Under the pieces are notes generated by a model, which was not told the DNA's origin, ran no database searches, and saw nothing but the letters and a program-made list of their open reading frames with translations. From Candidatus Latescibacterota bacterium (lineage in GTDB: Bacteria; Latescibacterota; UBA2968; UBA8231): a DNA stretch of 64,000 bases. Location: the NCBI GenBank assembly GCA_965248355.1, contig OZ252098.1:2752001-2816000 (forward strand), read 5' to 3'. Of this stretch, positions 27,163 to 36,932 are shown piece after piece (the first letter of the stretch is position 1; the number at the start of each line of letters is the position of its first letter). A program made the translations under genes and the position numbers.

Positions 27163-28551
27163 TCAGGTCACGTCGTAGCGCAGGAAGAACAGGTAGGAGA
27201 GCAGGAAGAACAGGACGTTGAAGACCGCCAGCAGCAGCACGTCGAAGAGCACGGCGTCCACCACGGCGTCCAGACGCGCCTGCTCCATCCGCAGCGCCGG
27301 CCACTGGTCGACCTGCAGCCAGCCGTCGTCGGGCATGTCGCCATTGTTGTCGTGGTATTCCTCGTCCCATTCCCGCCAGTGCTCGGAGAACTCCTCGCCG
27401 TAGCGCCGGACCGCGGTGTTGAAGGCGGTGAACAGGTCCACCCCCGTGCCGGACAGGTCGCTGGCGGCCAGCACGAAACTGGCCGACGGAGAGGCCCGGG
27501 CCAGGTTGCGGCTCAGGTCCACCTGCCGGCGCAGCCGGTCCCGGTAGTACTGGTCGATCCTGTCCTTGCGCGCCTGTCCCTGCCTCTCGATCTCGTCGGT
27601 CATCTCCTCGGCCTGGCGGCCGTAGCCGAGCATGTTCCGGCCCACCCGCTGCACGCCGATCTCGGTCTCGCGGTCCACGGCGGCCTTCTCGGCCTCGATC
27701 TTCTGCAGCGTCGGCACCGCCACGGCCAGACGGGCCGCCACCGGGGCCAGGTTGGGGATGACGAGGATCCAGCAGATCCACACGAAGAGGGAGACGAGGA
27801 GCGCCGTCGACGCCTTGTGGGTGAGGGTGGAGATGAGCATGCCGAGGGCGAAGAACACGGAGACGTAGAGCAGGGAGACCCCGGCGATCCACAGGAACCG
27901 CGACAGGAAGTCGGCGTCGACCTGCACGCTGCCGGTGAGGACCACGTAGGTGAAGGCGGCGAAGAGGGCCGCCGCCAGCGGCACCGCGAGGGAGAGGTAG
28001 CCGCCGATCCACTTGCCGAGCAGCACCAGGTCCCGGGGCACGCGGTTGGCCAGCAGGATCTTCAGGGTGCCCCGCTCCTTCTCGCCGCAGACGGCGTCGA
28101 AGACGAAGAGCAGGGCCAGCAGGGAGATGACGATGTTGGCGATGTAGGCGTAGTCGGGAGAGGCGAAGAGCCGGAAGAGGGGGTTCCGGTAGCGGTCGTC
28201 GTCGACCGGGGCCACGTGCCACAAGGAGACGTTGACCTGCGTCGGCAGCCGGTCCTCCAGGCCCTTGACGAAGACGCTCATGGGCCGGGGGGCGCGGTCG
28301 CCGTAGAACCCGCTGCCCCCGAAGAGGATGTCGTGGAGGGCCTCGTCGGGCTCCTCGGCCTCCTGCACGGAGCGGACCTGCTCGTGGTGCCGGGCGGAGC
28401 TGACCTCGTGCAGGCGCAGGGCCCGCTCGTAGCCGCGGGTCATGGTGAAGACGCTCACCAGGGTGAGCACGAAGAACAGGACGAAGGTCACGGCGAAGCG
28501 CAGGCTCAGGACGCCGAGGACGATCTCCTTGCGGATCAGGGACAGCAGCAT
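27163..28551 (-). CDS. ABC-2 type transporter permease (paralog)
   Basis: FDAVCGEKERGTLKILLAN...LLGKWIGG; ends FLRYDVT. Confidence 0.88.
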   Translation of the reverse strand: MLLSLIRKEIVLGVLSLRFAVTFVLFFVLTLVSVFTMTRGYERALRLHEVSSARHHEQVRSVQEAEEPDEALHDILFGGSGFYGDRAPRPMSVFVKGLEDRLPTQVNVSLWHVAPVDDDRYRNPLFRLFASPDYAYIANIVISLLALLFVFDAVCGEKERGTLKILLANRVPRDLVLLGKWIGGYLSLAVPLAAALFAAFTYVVLTGSVQVDADFLSRFLWIAGVSLLYVSVFFALGMLISTLTHKASTALLVSLFVWICWILVIPNLAPVAARLAVAVPTLQKIEAEKAAVDRETEIGVQRVGRNMLGYGRQAEEMTDEIERQGQARKDRIDQYYRDRLRRQVDLSRNLARASPSASFVLAASDLSGTGVDLFTAFNTAVRRYGEEFSEHWREWDEEYHDNNGDMPDDGWLQVDQWPALRMEQARLDAVVDAVLFDVLLLAVFNVLFFLLSYLFFLRYDVT

Positions 28552-28612
28552 GAGAATGAGGGGGGACCCGGGCGCGGTGGAGGTGGGCGGCCAAGTTAAG
28601 GGCGGGGGTGGA

Positions 28613-29008
28613 TCACCTCCAGTCCTCGATCTTCAGGCCGTCGACCCGGCCGAACTCCCTTGTGTTGCTGGTGACGACGGTCAATCCCCGGGAGAGGGCT
28701 ACGGCGGCGATCTGGGTGTCCCGTTCGCTGATCGGTTGTCCGCTCTCCTCGAGCCGGGCGCGCACGGTGGCGTACCTCCGCGTGGCGGCCTCGTCGAAGG
28801 GATGCAGCTCCAGTTGCGACAGGATGCGGGCGATTCGCTCACGGCGTTCTCCCTTTCTCGAGGGGGACTTCTCGATGCCGCAGAGGATCTCCGCGAGAGT
28901 GATGGAGGACAGGGCCAGCTCGGAGGGCGGGTGACTGCGCAGGCGCCCGAGGATCCGGGCTTCACCCCGCATCCAGTAGCTGACGATGTTCGTGTCGAGG
29001 AGGTACAT
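28613..29008 (-). CDS. vapC: VapC PIN-domain toxin
   Basis: YLLDTNIVS, SITLAE, DTQIAAVA, VTSNTREF. Confidence 0.93.
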   Translation of the reverse strand: MYLLDTNIVSYWMRGEARILGRLRSHPPSELALSSITLAEILCGIEKSPSRKGERRERIARILSQLELHPFDEAATRRYATVRARLEESGQPISERDTQIAAVALSRGLTVVTSNTREFGRVDGLKIEDWR

Positions 29009-29247
29009 CAGTTCGTGTCATCCAGGTCGACGGACGATGTGGGCAGTGGAGACGGCACCTCAAAGTCCGGATCCGGGGCGAATGTGTCCCAGAACCCGGC
29101 GGGCCACCGTGTCTGCTCCAGCGGTTCGAGGATGACCCGGTCTCCCTCCCTGGAAATGCGGACCTCCGTACCCCGGAAGCGGAACTCCTTGGGCAGCCGG
29201 ACGGCCTGGGAACGTCCGTTGAGGAACAACTTGGCGGTTGTGGCCAT
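29008..29247 (-). CDS. vapB: VapB antitoxin (AbrB/MazE fold)
   Basis: TAKLFLNGRSQAVRLPKEFRF; 1-nt overlap with vapC. Confidence 0.93.
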   Translation of the reverse strand: MATTAKLFLNGRSQAVRLPKEFRFRGTEVRISREGDRVILEPLEQTRWPAGFWDTFAPDPDFEVPSPLPTSSVDLDDTN

Positions 29248-29260
29248 GTGGCCTCCTGGT

Positions 29261-29283
29261 GAGATATATCAGTATATATTCTC
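29261..29283. promoter_or_regulatory. Probable vapBC operator (imperfect palindrome GAGATATATCAGTATATATTCTC)
   Basis: AT-rich inverted repeat just upstream of the vapB RBS. Confidence 0.55.
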
Positions 29284-29334
29284 GATCTTCCGGGATCAAT
29301 CCCGCCCTGAAGGGGAGACCTGAACGAAAATCGT

Positions 29335-29908
29335 ATCATCGACCGGGGACGCTCCTACCAGGGGCGCGGGGCGGTCCGCGATCTGGGGCGCACCGAGGGC
29401 GGGGCCCTGGTCGCCTGGGTGCAGGGAAGCCGGCCCTATGCCACCCGGGTGCGCATCAAGGGCCGGAAGAACCTGGAATCCGAATGCACCTGTCCCTACT
29501 GGACGACCTGCAAGCACGCCGTGGCCGTGGTGCTGGAATACTCGGAAAGCATCAAGGCGGGGATCGAGGTCGGCCGGGTCGAGGAGGACGAGGAGCATGG
29601 GGCGCGCTCCGGGCGTCCGGCATCCAGGAAAACCGGAACGGCGTCTCTGCGCACCTACCCATCCGGACCGCGCGATCGGCATCTGGAAGAAGGTGGCGGA
29701 GAGCCAGATCGCCCGGGTCCAGGCGAGTGGCTACGAGGCCGCGGTTCCCTACTTGCGAAAGGTGAAGACCGCCTTCACCCGGTCCGGCCGCAAGCAGGAG
29801 TGGGAGGGCTACCTGGCTTCCCTGCGGGAGCGGAACCGCCGCCGGCCGCGGTGCCTGGAGATCCTGGGCCGGCTGGAGAGTGGGCGCCGGCGGATCATCG
29901 ACGGCTGA
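29335..29908 (+). pseudogene. SWIM zinc-finger protein remnant (no start, large internal deletion, frameshift)
   Basis: IIDRGRSYQ...AWVQGSRPYATRV...CTCPYWTTCKHAVAV, then a second frame gives THPDRAIGIWK...LRERNRRRPRCLEIL. Confidence 0.7.
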
Positions 29909-29979
29909 GGCCGGCGACTCGACGGGTCATGCCGACGAGATCCTCACCCTCTGGCAATCTCAGCGCCCGAAGGGGCGCG

Positions 29980-31401
29980 ATGGCCGGGCGCGATGGCCTT
30001 TCGCCGCGGCGCCGCCGCCTTCCGGGAGGGGCGGGGAGTGCCCTGCCCGCCCTCCTCCTGCTCGCCGCGCTGGCCGGCTGCAGCGATCCCGGCGGCCCCA
30101 CGGGTCCCGGATCCCGGCCGGCGGGGATGGAGGTGATCTCCGGCGCCGCTCAGCGGGCCCTGCCGGGCCGTGCCCTGGCCAGGGCGGTCGTCGTCCGGGT
30201 GGTGGACGCGGAGGGACGGGCCGTTGCCGGTGTGACCGTGTCCTTCGCCCCGGCCGCCGGCCACGGCGAGACGGACCCGGCCTCGGCCGCCACCGATGCC
30301 GGCGGGCGGGCGGCCTCCACGTGGACCCTCGGCGCCGGCCTCGGCGTGCAGACCCTCCGGGTCTCGGCGGCGGACACCGTCGTCTCGGTGGACGCCGAGG
30401 CCGTCGATCTCGAGAGCGAGCTGGACGCCCTCTTCGCGCCGGCAACCGCTTCGGAGGTGGAGGCCGTGCGCTCCGACTGGTCCGGCCGCGACGTCTCGGC
30501 CCGCGGGGTGACGGTCGAGCTCGTCGAGGGCTTCAACCTGGGCGGCAAGGCGTGCACCCTGCGGATCCTCTCGCACGAGGTGGCGGGGGTCCGCCACTTC
30601 GGCGCCGTCATCGTGCCCGACGGGTCGGCCGCCGGGAGCCGGCCCCTGCTCGTCTACCTGCACGGCGGCGACAGCGGCGTGTCGCTGGACGAACTCCAGA
30701 TCATCGCCTTCGCCCTCGGTCCGCTGGTGGACCGCTTCGTCTACGTGGTCCCCTCCTTCCGGGGGGAGCCCTTGGTCCACGACGGCCGCAGTTGGACCTC
30801 CGACGGCCCGGCAAGTCCCTGGGACCATGACGTGGACGACACCCTGGCGCTGGTGAACGCCGCCTTCGAGTCGACGCCGGCGGCCCGCTCCGGGGGCTTC
30901 GTCGTCGTCGGCGGCAGCCGGGGGGCGGGGGTGGCGCTGCTGGCCGGGATCCGCGACGAGCGCATCGAGCGCATCATCGCCCTCTTCGGCCCCACGGACT
31001 TCTTCGACGACTGGGTCCGCGAGATCGTCCACGAGGCGGCCACGGGGCGGCCCCGCGACCTGACGGCGGTGGCCCACCTCGACTCCACCGTCATCGCGCC
31101 CTACATCCGCGGGGAGATGCCCCTGCCGGAGGCGCGCCTGGAGATCGTCCGCCGCTCCGCCGTGCTCTTCGCCGAGGACCTGCCCCCCGTCCAGCTTCAT
31201 CACGGCACCGCCGACGAGATCGTCTCCGTGAGCCAGGCCGAGTCCCTGGTGAGGACCATGGACGCCCTCGGGCGGACGCCGCCCGGCTTCGAGGCCTTCA
31301 TCTACGCCGGAGGCGGGCACTCCACTCTCTCCCTCCCGGGCCTCATCCCGCGGGCGGCGGAGTTCCTCAGGGACTGGTTCGACGCCCTCCCGAGTCGATG
31401 A
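29980..31401 (+). CDS. Lipoprotein: Ig-like (Big_1) domain + alpha/beta hydrolase (S9-like)
   Basis: LAGC lipobox; LHGG, GGSRGA nucleophile, LHHGTADEIV, GGGH. Confidence 0.8.
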   Translation: MAGRDGLSPRRRRLPGGAGSALPALLLLAALAGCSDPGGPTGPGSRPAGMEVISGAAQRALPGRALARAVVVRVVDAEGRAVAGVTVSFAPAAGHGETDPASAATDAGGRAASTWTLGAGLGVQTLRVSAADTVVSVDAEAVDLESELDALFAPATASEVEAVRSDWSGRDVSARGVTVELVEGFNLGGKACTLRILSHEVAGVRHFGAVIVPDGSAAGSRPLLVYLHGGDSGVSLDELQIIAFALGPLVDRFVYVVPSFRGEPLVHDGRSWTSDGPASPWDHDVDDTLALVNAAFESTPAARSGGFVVVGGSRGAGVALLAGIRDERIERIIALFGPTDFFDDWVREIVHEAATGRPRDLTAVAHLDSTVIAPYIRGEMPLPEARLEIVRRSAVLFAEDLPPVQLHHGTADEIVSVSQAESLVRTMDALGRTPPGFEAFIYAGGGHSTLSLPGLIPRAAEFLRDWFDALPSR

Positions 31402-31423
31402 TCCGGCGCCAGCCGGCCCCCCG

Positions 31424-33388
31424 ATGACGGCGCCTCCCCAGGGAGACCGACAGAACGCGCGGGACCTGCAGGGGATCCCGGTGCGGGGCATCCTGATCGG
31501 GGCCGTGCTGTCCCTGGTGCTCAACGTCTGCGATACCTACGCGACGAACTCGATCCAGGGGTCGTACCTGACCCTCAACTTCAGCACCCCGGCCGCCCTC
31601 TTCTTCTTCTTCTTCCTCGTCCTGGCCAGCGGCGCCGTCGGCCTCCTTCATCGATGGCTGGCGCTGACCCGGGCCGAGCTGATCACGATCTACGTCATGC
31701 TGGTGGTGGCCTGCTGCATCCCCGGCATGGGCTTCACCCAGTTCATCATCCCCTGCCTCCTCGGGTCGACCTACTACGCCACGCCCGAGAACAACTGGGA
31801 TGACCTCTACAATCAATACATCCCCCAATGGATGATCCCCCGCGGCGAGAACGTGGCCCGCTACTTCTTCGAGGGGATGCCCGAGGGAGCCTCGATCCCA
31901 TGGGGAGCCTGGGTCGTGCCTCTGAGCCTGTGGTTCGGCTTCTTCCTCGCCCTCGGCTTTGCCATGATCTGCGCCATGGTCATCCTGCGCAGGCAGTGGG
32001 TCGACAACGAGAGGCTCAGCTACGCCCTGGTGCAGGTGCCGATGGAGATGATCCAGCGGGAGGAGGGCGGCGCCGTGGGCCGCTCGTTCTTCACCAACAA
32101 GACGATGTGGCTGGGCTTCGCCATCTCCTTCCTGCTGCTGAGCGTCAACGGCCTGCACTCCTACTTTCCGGAGATTCCCCGCCTCGAGCGCATCGCCGTG
32201 CTGCCCGCGTTCGGCAACACGTGGTTCAGCTTCTGGTTCAGCCCGCCGTGGACGGGGTTCTTCTACTTCGTCAGCCTCGACATCTCGGCCTCGATCTGGG
32301 TCTTCTACCTTCTCGTCCGGCTGCAGCGGGGCCTCTTGAACGTCCTCGGCGTGCACAGCACGCAGCGGATCGACTTCTACTCCGGGAGGGACCCCATTCT
32401 CGCCCACCAGGGCCTCGGGGCGGTGATCGTCTTCGTCCTCGTCGGTCTGTGGGTGGCGCGGCGGCACCTGCGCCAGGTGGTGGCGAAGGCCCTCCGCGGG
32501 GCCCGCGAGGTCGATGACAGCGGCGAGATCCTCACCTACCGGCAGGCCTTCTTCGGGCTCCTCGCCGGCCTCCTGATCGTCGCCTTCTGGCTGTCGGCGA
32601 TCGGCCTTCCCTTTCCAGTAGCGGTGCTCTTCGTCTTCGGCGCCATGGTCCTGTTCCTGGCGCTGACGCGGGTGGTCGCCGAGGGCGGCATCCCGGCCAT
32701 GCGGCCTCCCCTGATGACCTCGACCTTCGTGATCTCCACGGTCGGCACCTCCGCCATCGGCGCCCAGGGCCTGGTGGCGCTCGGCTTCTCCTACGGCTGG
32801 CACTCCGAGATCCGCTCCTTCGTCATGTCCTCGGTCGCCAACGGACTCAAGATGAGCGAGCTGATCCGCGGCCCGAAGCGCCGGCTGTTCTGGGCCATTG
32901 TCGTCGCCATCCTGGTCAGCCTGGCGGGCTCCTCCTATGTCACCCTGGTCATGGCGTACGGGCACGGCGGCATCAACCTCAACCCCCTGTTCTTCTCCTG
33001 GCAGTCCACCCACTTCGGGCCCATGGACATGTCCCCGCGCATCTCCGCCGCACCCGAAGGCCCGCGGTGGGACGCCGTGCGGTTCATGCTCCTCGGGGGA
33101 GGCGTGATGTCGGCGCTCATGTGGGCGCGCCACCAGTTGGTGTGGTGGCCCCTGAGCCCGCTCGGGTTCACGATCGCCGCCAACTGGAAGACGGGCCACA
33201 TCTTCTGCAGCGCCCTGCTGGCCTGGTGCCTGAAGTATCTGATCCTGCGCTACGGCGGCGTGCGTCTCTACCGCAGCCTGCGGCCCTTCTTCCTGGGCCT
33301 GATCCTGGGGGAGATCGTCGGCGCCGGGGTATTCCTGGTGATCGATTACCTCACCGGCACCACGGGCAGCTTCCTGACCCAGATCTGA
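31424..33388 (+). CDS. Large polytopic membrane protein (DUF6785/DUF6784-like, putative transporter), copy 1
   Basis: More than 14 hydrophobic segments; ILRRQWVDNERLSYAL, WWPLSPLGF, LRYGG..LYR..RPFFLGLILG. Confidence 0.75.
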   Translation: MTAPPQGDRQNARDLQGIPVRGILIGAVLSLVLNVCDTYATNSIQGSYLTLNFSTPAALFFFFFLVLASGAVGLLHRWLALTRAELITIYVMLVVACCIPGMGFTQFIIPCLLGSTYYATPENNWDDLYNQYIPQWMIPRGENVARYFFEGMPEGASIPWGAWVVPLSLWFGFFLALGFAMICAMVILRRQWVDNERLSYALVQVPMEMIQREEGGAVGRSFFTNKTMWLGFAISFLLLSVNGLHSYFPEIPRLERIAVLPAFGNTWFSFWFSPPWTGFFYFVSLDISASIWVFYLLVRLQRGLLNVLGVHSTQRIDFYSGRDPILAHQGLGAVIVFVLVGLWVARRHLRQVVAKALRGAREVDDSGEILTYRQAFFGLLAGLLIVAFWLSAIGLPFPVAVLFVFGAMVLFLALTRVVAEGGIPAMRPPLMTSTFVISTVGTSAIGAQGLVALGFSYGWHSEIRSFVMSSVANGLKMSELIRGPKRRLFWAIVVAILVSLAGSSYVTLVMAYGHGGINLNPLFFSWQSTHFGPMDMSPRISAAPEGPRWDAVRFMLLGGGVMSALMWARHQLVWWPLSPLGFTIAANWKTGHIFCSALLAWCLKYLILRYGGVRLYRSLRPFFLGLILGEIVGAGVFLVIDYLTGTTGSFLTQI

Positions 33389-33416
33389 AGGCGGCCGGCG
33401 GTGCCCGGGTCTTCAT

Positions 33417-34151
33417 GTCATGCCGACGAGATCCTCACCCCCTGGCAATCTCAGCGCCCTGCCGGGCCGTGCCCTGGCGGGGGCCGTGGTCGTCCGGGTG
33501 GTGGACGCGGAGGGACGGGCCGTTGCCGGTGTGACCGTGTCCTTCGCCCCCGCCGCCGGCCACGGCGAGGCGGATCCGGCCTCGGCCGCCACCGGTCCGG
33601 ACGGCCGGGCGGCCTCCGTCTGGACTCTCGACGCCGGAGGCCCGTCCCGGCGGCTTCTGCGTCGTCGGCGGCAGCCGGGGGGCCGGCGTGGCGCTGCTGG
33701 CCGGGATCCGCGACCAGCGCGTCGAACGCATCGTCGCCTTCTTCGGGCCCACGGACTTCTTCGACGACTGGGTGCCAGATCGTCCGCGGCGGCCACCGGC
33801 CGGCCCCGCGATCTGACGGCGGTAGCCCACCTCGACTCCACCATCATCGCGCCCTATCTCCGCGGAGACCTCACCCTTCCCGAGGCGCGCCTGGAGATCA
33901 TCCGCCGCTCAGCCGTCCTCTTCGCCGGCGACCTGCCTGCCGTGCAGCTCCATCACGGCACCGAGGACGGGACCGTCTCCGTCAGCCAGGCCGAGTCCCT
34001 GGTGCGAACCATGGAGGCCCTGGGGCGGACGCCTCCCGACTTCGAGGCCTTCATCTACCCCGGGGGCGGACACGACATCCTCTCCCTCGGGGGCGCCATC
34101 CCGCGGGCGGGCGTGTTCCTCGGCGGCTGGCTGAACGAGCTCTTCCCGTGA
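33417..34151 (+). pseudogene. Deleted and frameshifted duplicate of the 29980-31401 hydrolase gene and its leader
   Basis: Shares TCATGCCGACGAGATCCTCACCC with ~29927 and blocks of the Ig and hydrolase domains, with large gaps. Confidence 0.85.
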
Positions 34152-34292
34152 GCCGCCTCCGCGGCGCTCACCCCACGCTCCGTCAGGTCATCCCCGCCGG
34201 TGAGTTAGGCAGAGCCAATTCCTGTGCCTTTCTTTCCCGGGCTCACCACCACGGCGTTGAAGTACTCATCCGAAAAGCGAGGGACATAAGCG

Positions 34293-36914
34293 ATGAAATG
34301 GGCATTGGCATCGATGGCGTTGTCGATGGTGGCACCGGCGCCAGGGTCCTCCGGGGCCGATCCGGCGGACCGTCCGGGCGAGAACATCGCGCTCGGGGCG
34401 AGCTACACCTTGGAGCCGGGGCCGAACTACGGGCTCTGCACGGAACCCGGCGACGCCGAGCAACTGACGGACGGGGTGTACACGGACGGCTACTTCTGGG
34501 CCCAACTGTCGACGGTGGGGTGGCAGGAGAAGACGCCTTCGATCTTTACGTTGGACCTGGGCACGGTGAGGCCGATACGGGGTGTCTCCTTCAGTACGGC
34601 GGCGGGGTTCGCGGACGTGTGGTGGCCGCTGACGATCCGCATCCTCGTGGCGGGTGAAGACAGGACGTTCCATGAAGTCGGGGACCTTGTGGAGTTGAGC
34701 GCCGAACAACACGGCCCGCTGGTACCGAAGAGGGCGAGCGATGCCATGTGGGCGCGGGACGGCATCAGTTTCAATGAGGCGGAGATACATCATCATTACG
34801 ACGCCAACCGGGATCGGTACCCTCAGAAGCTCACCCCCGAATTGCGTCAGCAGATCCTCCGGGATCTCAACGAAGCCCTCGCCAGCCAGTACGGGACGTA
34901 TCGGTACTGGACGGACCGCTTGCGGACCCACGGACGCTATGTCAGCCTGGTGGTGTGGAACGAGCCGTACACGTTCGTGGACGAGATCGAGGTCTACGCG
35001 GGGGAGCCGGAGTGGGTGGACGAGCCGCTGCCGGGTCCCGCCATTGCGGACGTGAAGGCGTACGCGGGCCGGCTCGCCATCCAGAAGGGGATCCGGACGC
35101 GCCTTGTTGGGGACATCGAGGCCCTGAGAGAGGCGGCGGAAGAAGAGGGTGTCCCGGTGCAGACGCGGAATGATGTGCTGGCCGAGCTGGCGGCCGTGGA
35201 AGGGGAGCTGGGGCCGGCCACGGAGTTCGGGGATGACTTCCAGGCCGTCCTGCCTCTGAATCCGTGGCATGAACGGGTGTTGCGCACCCAGGCGTGGCTG
35301 TGGCGCGCCAGGGGCCTGGAGCCGCTCGTGTTCTGGCTCCCGAACCTGTGGGATCCCGTGCCCCTTGTCGGCATGCCGGACACGTCGGCAGAGCTGGCCG
35401 TCGAGGTGCACCTGATGCGCAAGGAGCACCGCGCGGCGGCGTTCAATGTGAGCAACACCAGTGACCAGCCGATGGAGGTGGCCTTCCGCCTGAGCGGGCT
35501 TCCGGGGGCCGGCAATCCGGAGTATGTGACCGTTCACGAGGTGGCCTGGACGGACACCCGCAGGGGGGTGCCGGTGGCGGCGGCCCTGCCCGAGGTTGCC
35601 GCGGATGAGGACGGTCTGTATGCGGTCTCCGTGCCCTCGGGCATGACGCGTCAGGTGTGGCTGACCTTCCATCCGGTGGACGTGGAGCCGGGCACCTATG
35701 AGGGCGAGGTCGTCGTGGAGTCCGTGCCGGGGGGCCAGCGGTTTCCGTTGCGCATGCACCTGTATCCCCTGGACTTCCCGGAGCAGCAGTCGCTTCACTT
35801 CGGCGGATGGGACTACACGGACCGGATCGGTCACTTCCGCTTTCTGACGGAGCAGAACCGGTTGCCCATCATCGAGCACCTGCGCGAGCATCTCGTCGAC
35901 TCCCCGTGGGCCCTCAAGCTGGCGCTGCCGCGGGGCACTCACGATGCCCAGGGGGCGATGACGGCGCCGCCCTCCACCGACTACTTCGATGCCTGGATCG
36001 ACCTGTGGCCCGATGCGGCCCAGTACCTCGTCTTTGCGAAAGTGGGAAGGCACTTCGAGTCGTTGCCCATGGGCACGCCGGAATTCAACACGGCGGTCAA
36101 GGCGTGGGTCACGTTCTGGGCGGAGCATATGGAGGCCAAGGGATTGCAGCCGGAACAGTTCGGGCTGCTCCTGGTGGATGAGCCGGACGAGCCGTGGCAG
36201 GACGAGCGCATCCTGGCGTGGGCGAAGCCGATCCGCGAAGCCGGCACGGGAGTCCGCATCTGGGAGGATACGACCCACCGGGACATGGACCGGGCGGACC
36301 AGGAGATGATCGATGCGTGCCACGTCCTGTGCCCGAACTACGCGGCCTTCCTGAGACAGAACCAGGAGTACCGCGACTACTACCTGAAGAAGCGGGACCA
36401 GGGGATCGGGCTGGAGTTCTACGCGGCGTGGACGAGCCGGGTCTTCGATCCGTACGCCGGCCGGCTCATGGCGTGGACGAGCTGGCGCTTTGGGGCGACG
36501 GCGATCTACATGTGGTCGCTGACCGACACGGGCGGAGCGTCATCGTGGAACGAGTATCTCACCTACAAGGATGCGTACTCGCCAGTCTTCATCGACGAGG
36601 CCTCGGTGACGGCCGGGAAACACCTCGAGGCGGCGCGGGAAGGGGTGCAGGACTACGAGTACTTCGCCATGCTGGACCGGGCGGTCCGGAAGGCGTCGGC
36701 CCAGGGGAGGACGGGTCCCGAGGTGGAGGAGGCGCGCCGGTTGCTGGAAAGTCTGCCGGCCAGTGTCTGTGATGCGGCGGGCCACGGGGGTGGGATCATC
36801 TCCGACGAGCCCCTGGGCGGCTTTCACTGGCTGAACGAGAAGGTGGACCGCACGTTGGCGGACCAGGCGCGGATTCAGGTGTTGGCGGCGTTGACGGAGC
36901 TGGCCGAGAACTGA
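34293..36914 (+). CDS. Secreted glycoside-hydrolase-like protein (discoidin-like N-domain + DUF4091/GH123-like domain)
   Basis: QLTDG...FTLDLG...FVDEIEVY; LVDEPDE; EAAREGVQDYEY. Confidence 0.65.
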   Translation: MKWALASMALSMVAPAPGSSGADPADRPGENIALGASYTLEPGPNYGLCTEPGDAEQLTDGVYTDGYFWAQLSTVGWQEKTPSIFTLDLGTVRPIRGVSFSTAAGFADVWWPLTIRILVAGEDRTFHEVGDLVELSAEQHGPLVPKRASDAMWARDGISFNEAEIHHHYDANRDRYPQKLTPELRQQILRDLNEALASQYGTYRYWTDRLRTHGRYVSLVVWNEPYTFVDEIEVYAGEPEWVDEPLPGPAIADVKAYAGRLAIQKGIRTRLVGDIEALREAAEEEGVPVQTRNDVLAELAAVEGELGPATEFGDDFQAVLPLNPWHERVLRTQAWLWRARGLEPLVFWLPNLWDPVPLVGMPDTSAELAVEVHLMRKEHRAAAFNVSNTSDQPMEVAFRLSGLPGAGNPEYVTVHEVAWTDTRRGVPVAAALPEVAADEDGLYAVSVPSGMTRQVWLTFHPVDVEPGTYEGEVVVESVPGGQRFPLRMHLYPLDFPEQQSLHFGGWDYTDRIGHFRFLTEQNRLPIIEHLREHLVDSPWALKLALPRGTHDAQGAMTAPPSTDYFDAWIDLWPDAAQYLVFAKVGRHFESLPMGTPEFNTAVKAWVTFWAEHMEAKGLQPEQFGLLLVDEPDEPWQDERILAWAKPIREAGTGVRIWEDTTHRDMDRADQEMIDACHVLCPNYAAFLRQNQEYRDYYLKKRDQGIGLEFYAAWTSRVFDPYAGRLMAWTSWRFGATAIYMWSLTDTGGASSWNEYLTYKDAYSPVFIDEASVTAGKHLEAAREGVQDYEYFAMLDRAVRKASAQGRTGPEVEEARRLLESLPASVCDAAGHGGGIISDEPLGGFHWLNEKVDRTLADQARIQVLAALTELAEN

Positions 36915-36932
36915 GATAGCGAGGGCCAGGGG

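Noticed and set aside
29419..31401. 660-aa ORF appearing to fuse a SWIM zinc finger with an Ig-hydrolase
   Set aside because: Chance read-through from a SWIM pseudogene; the hydrolase has its own start and lipoprotein signal at 29980.
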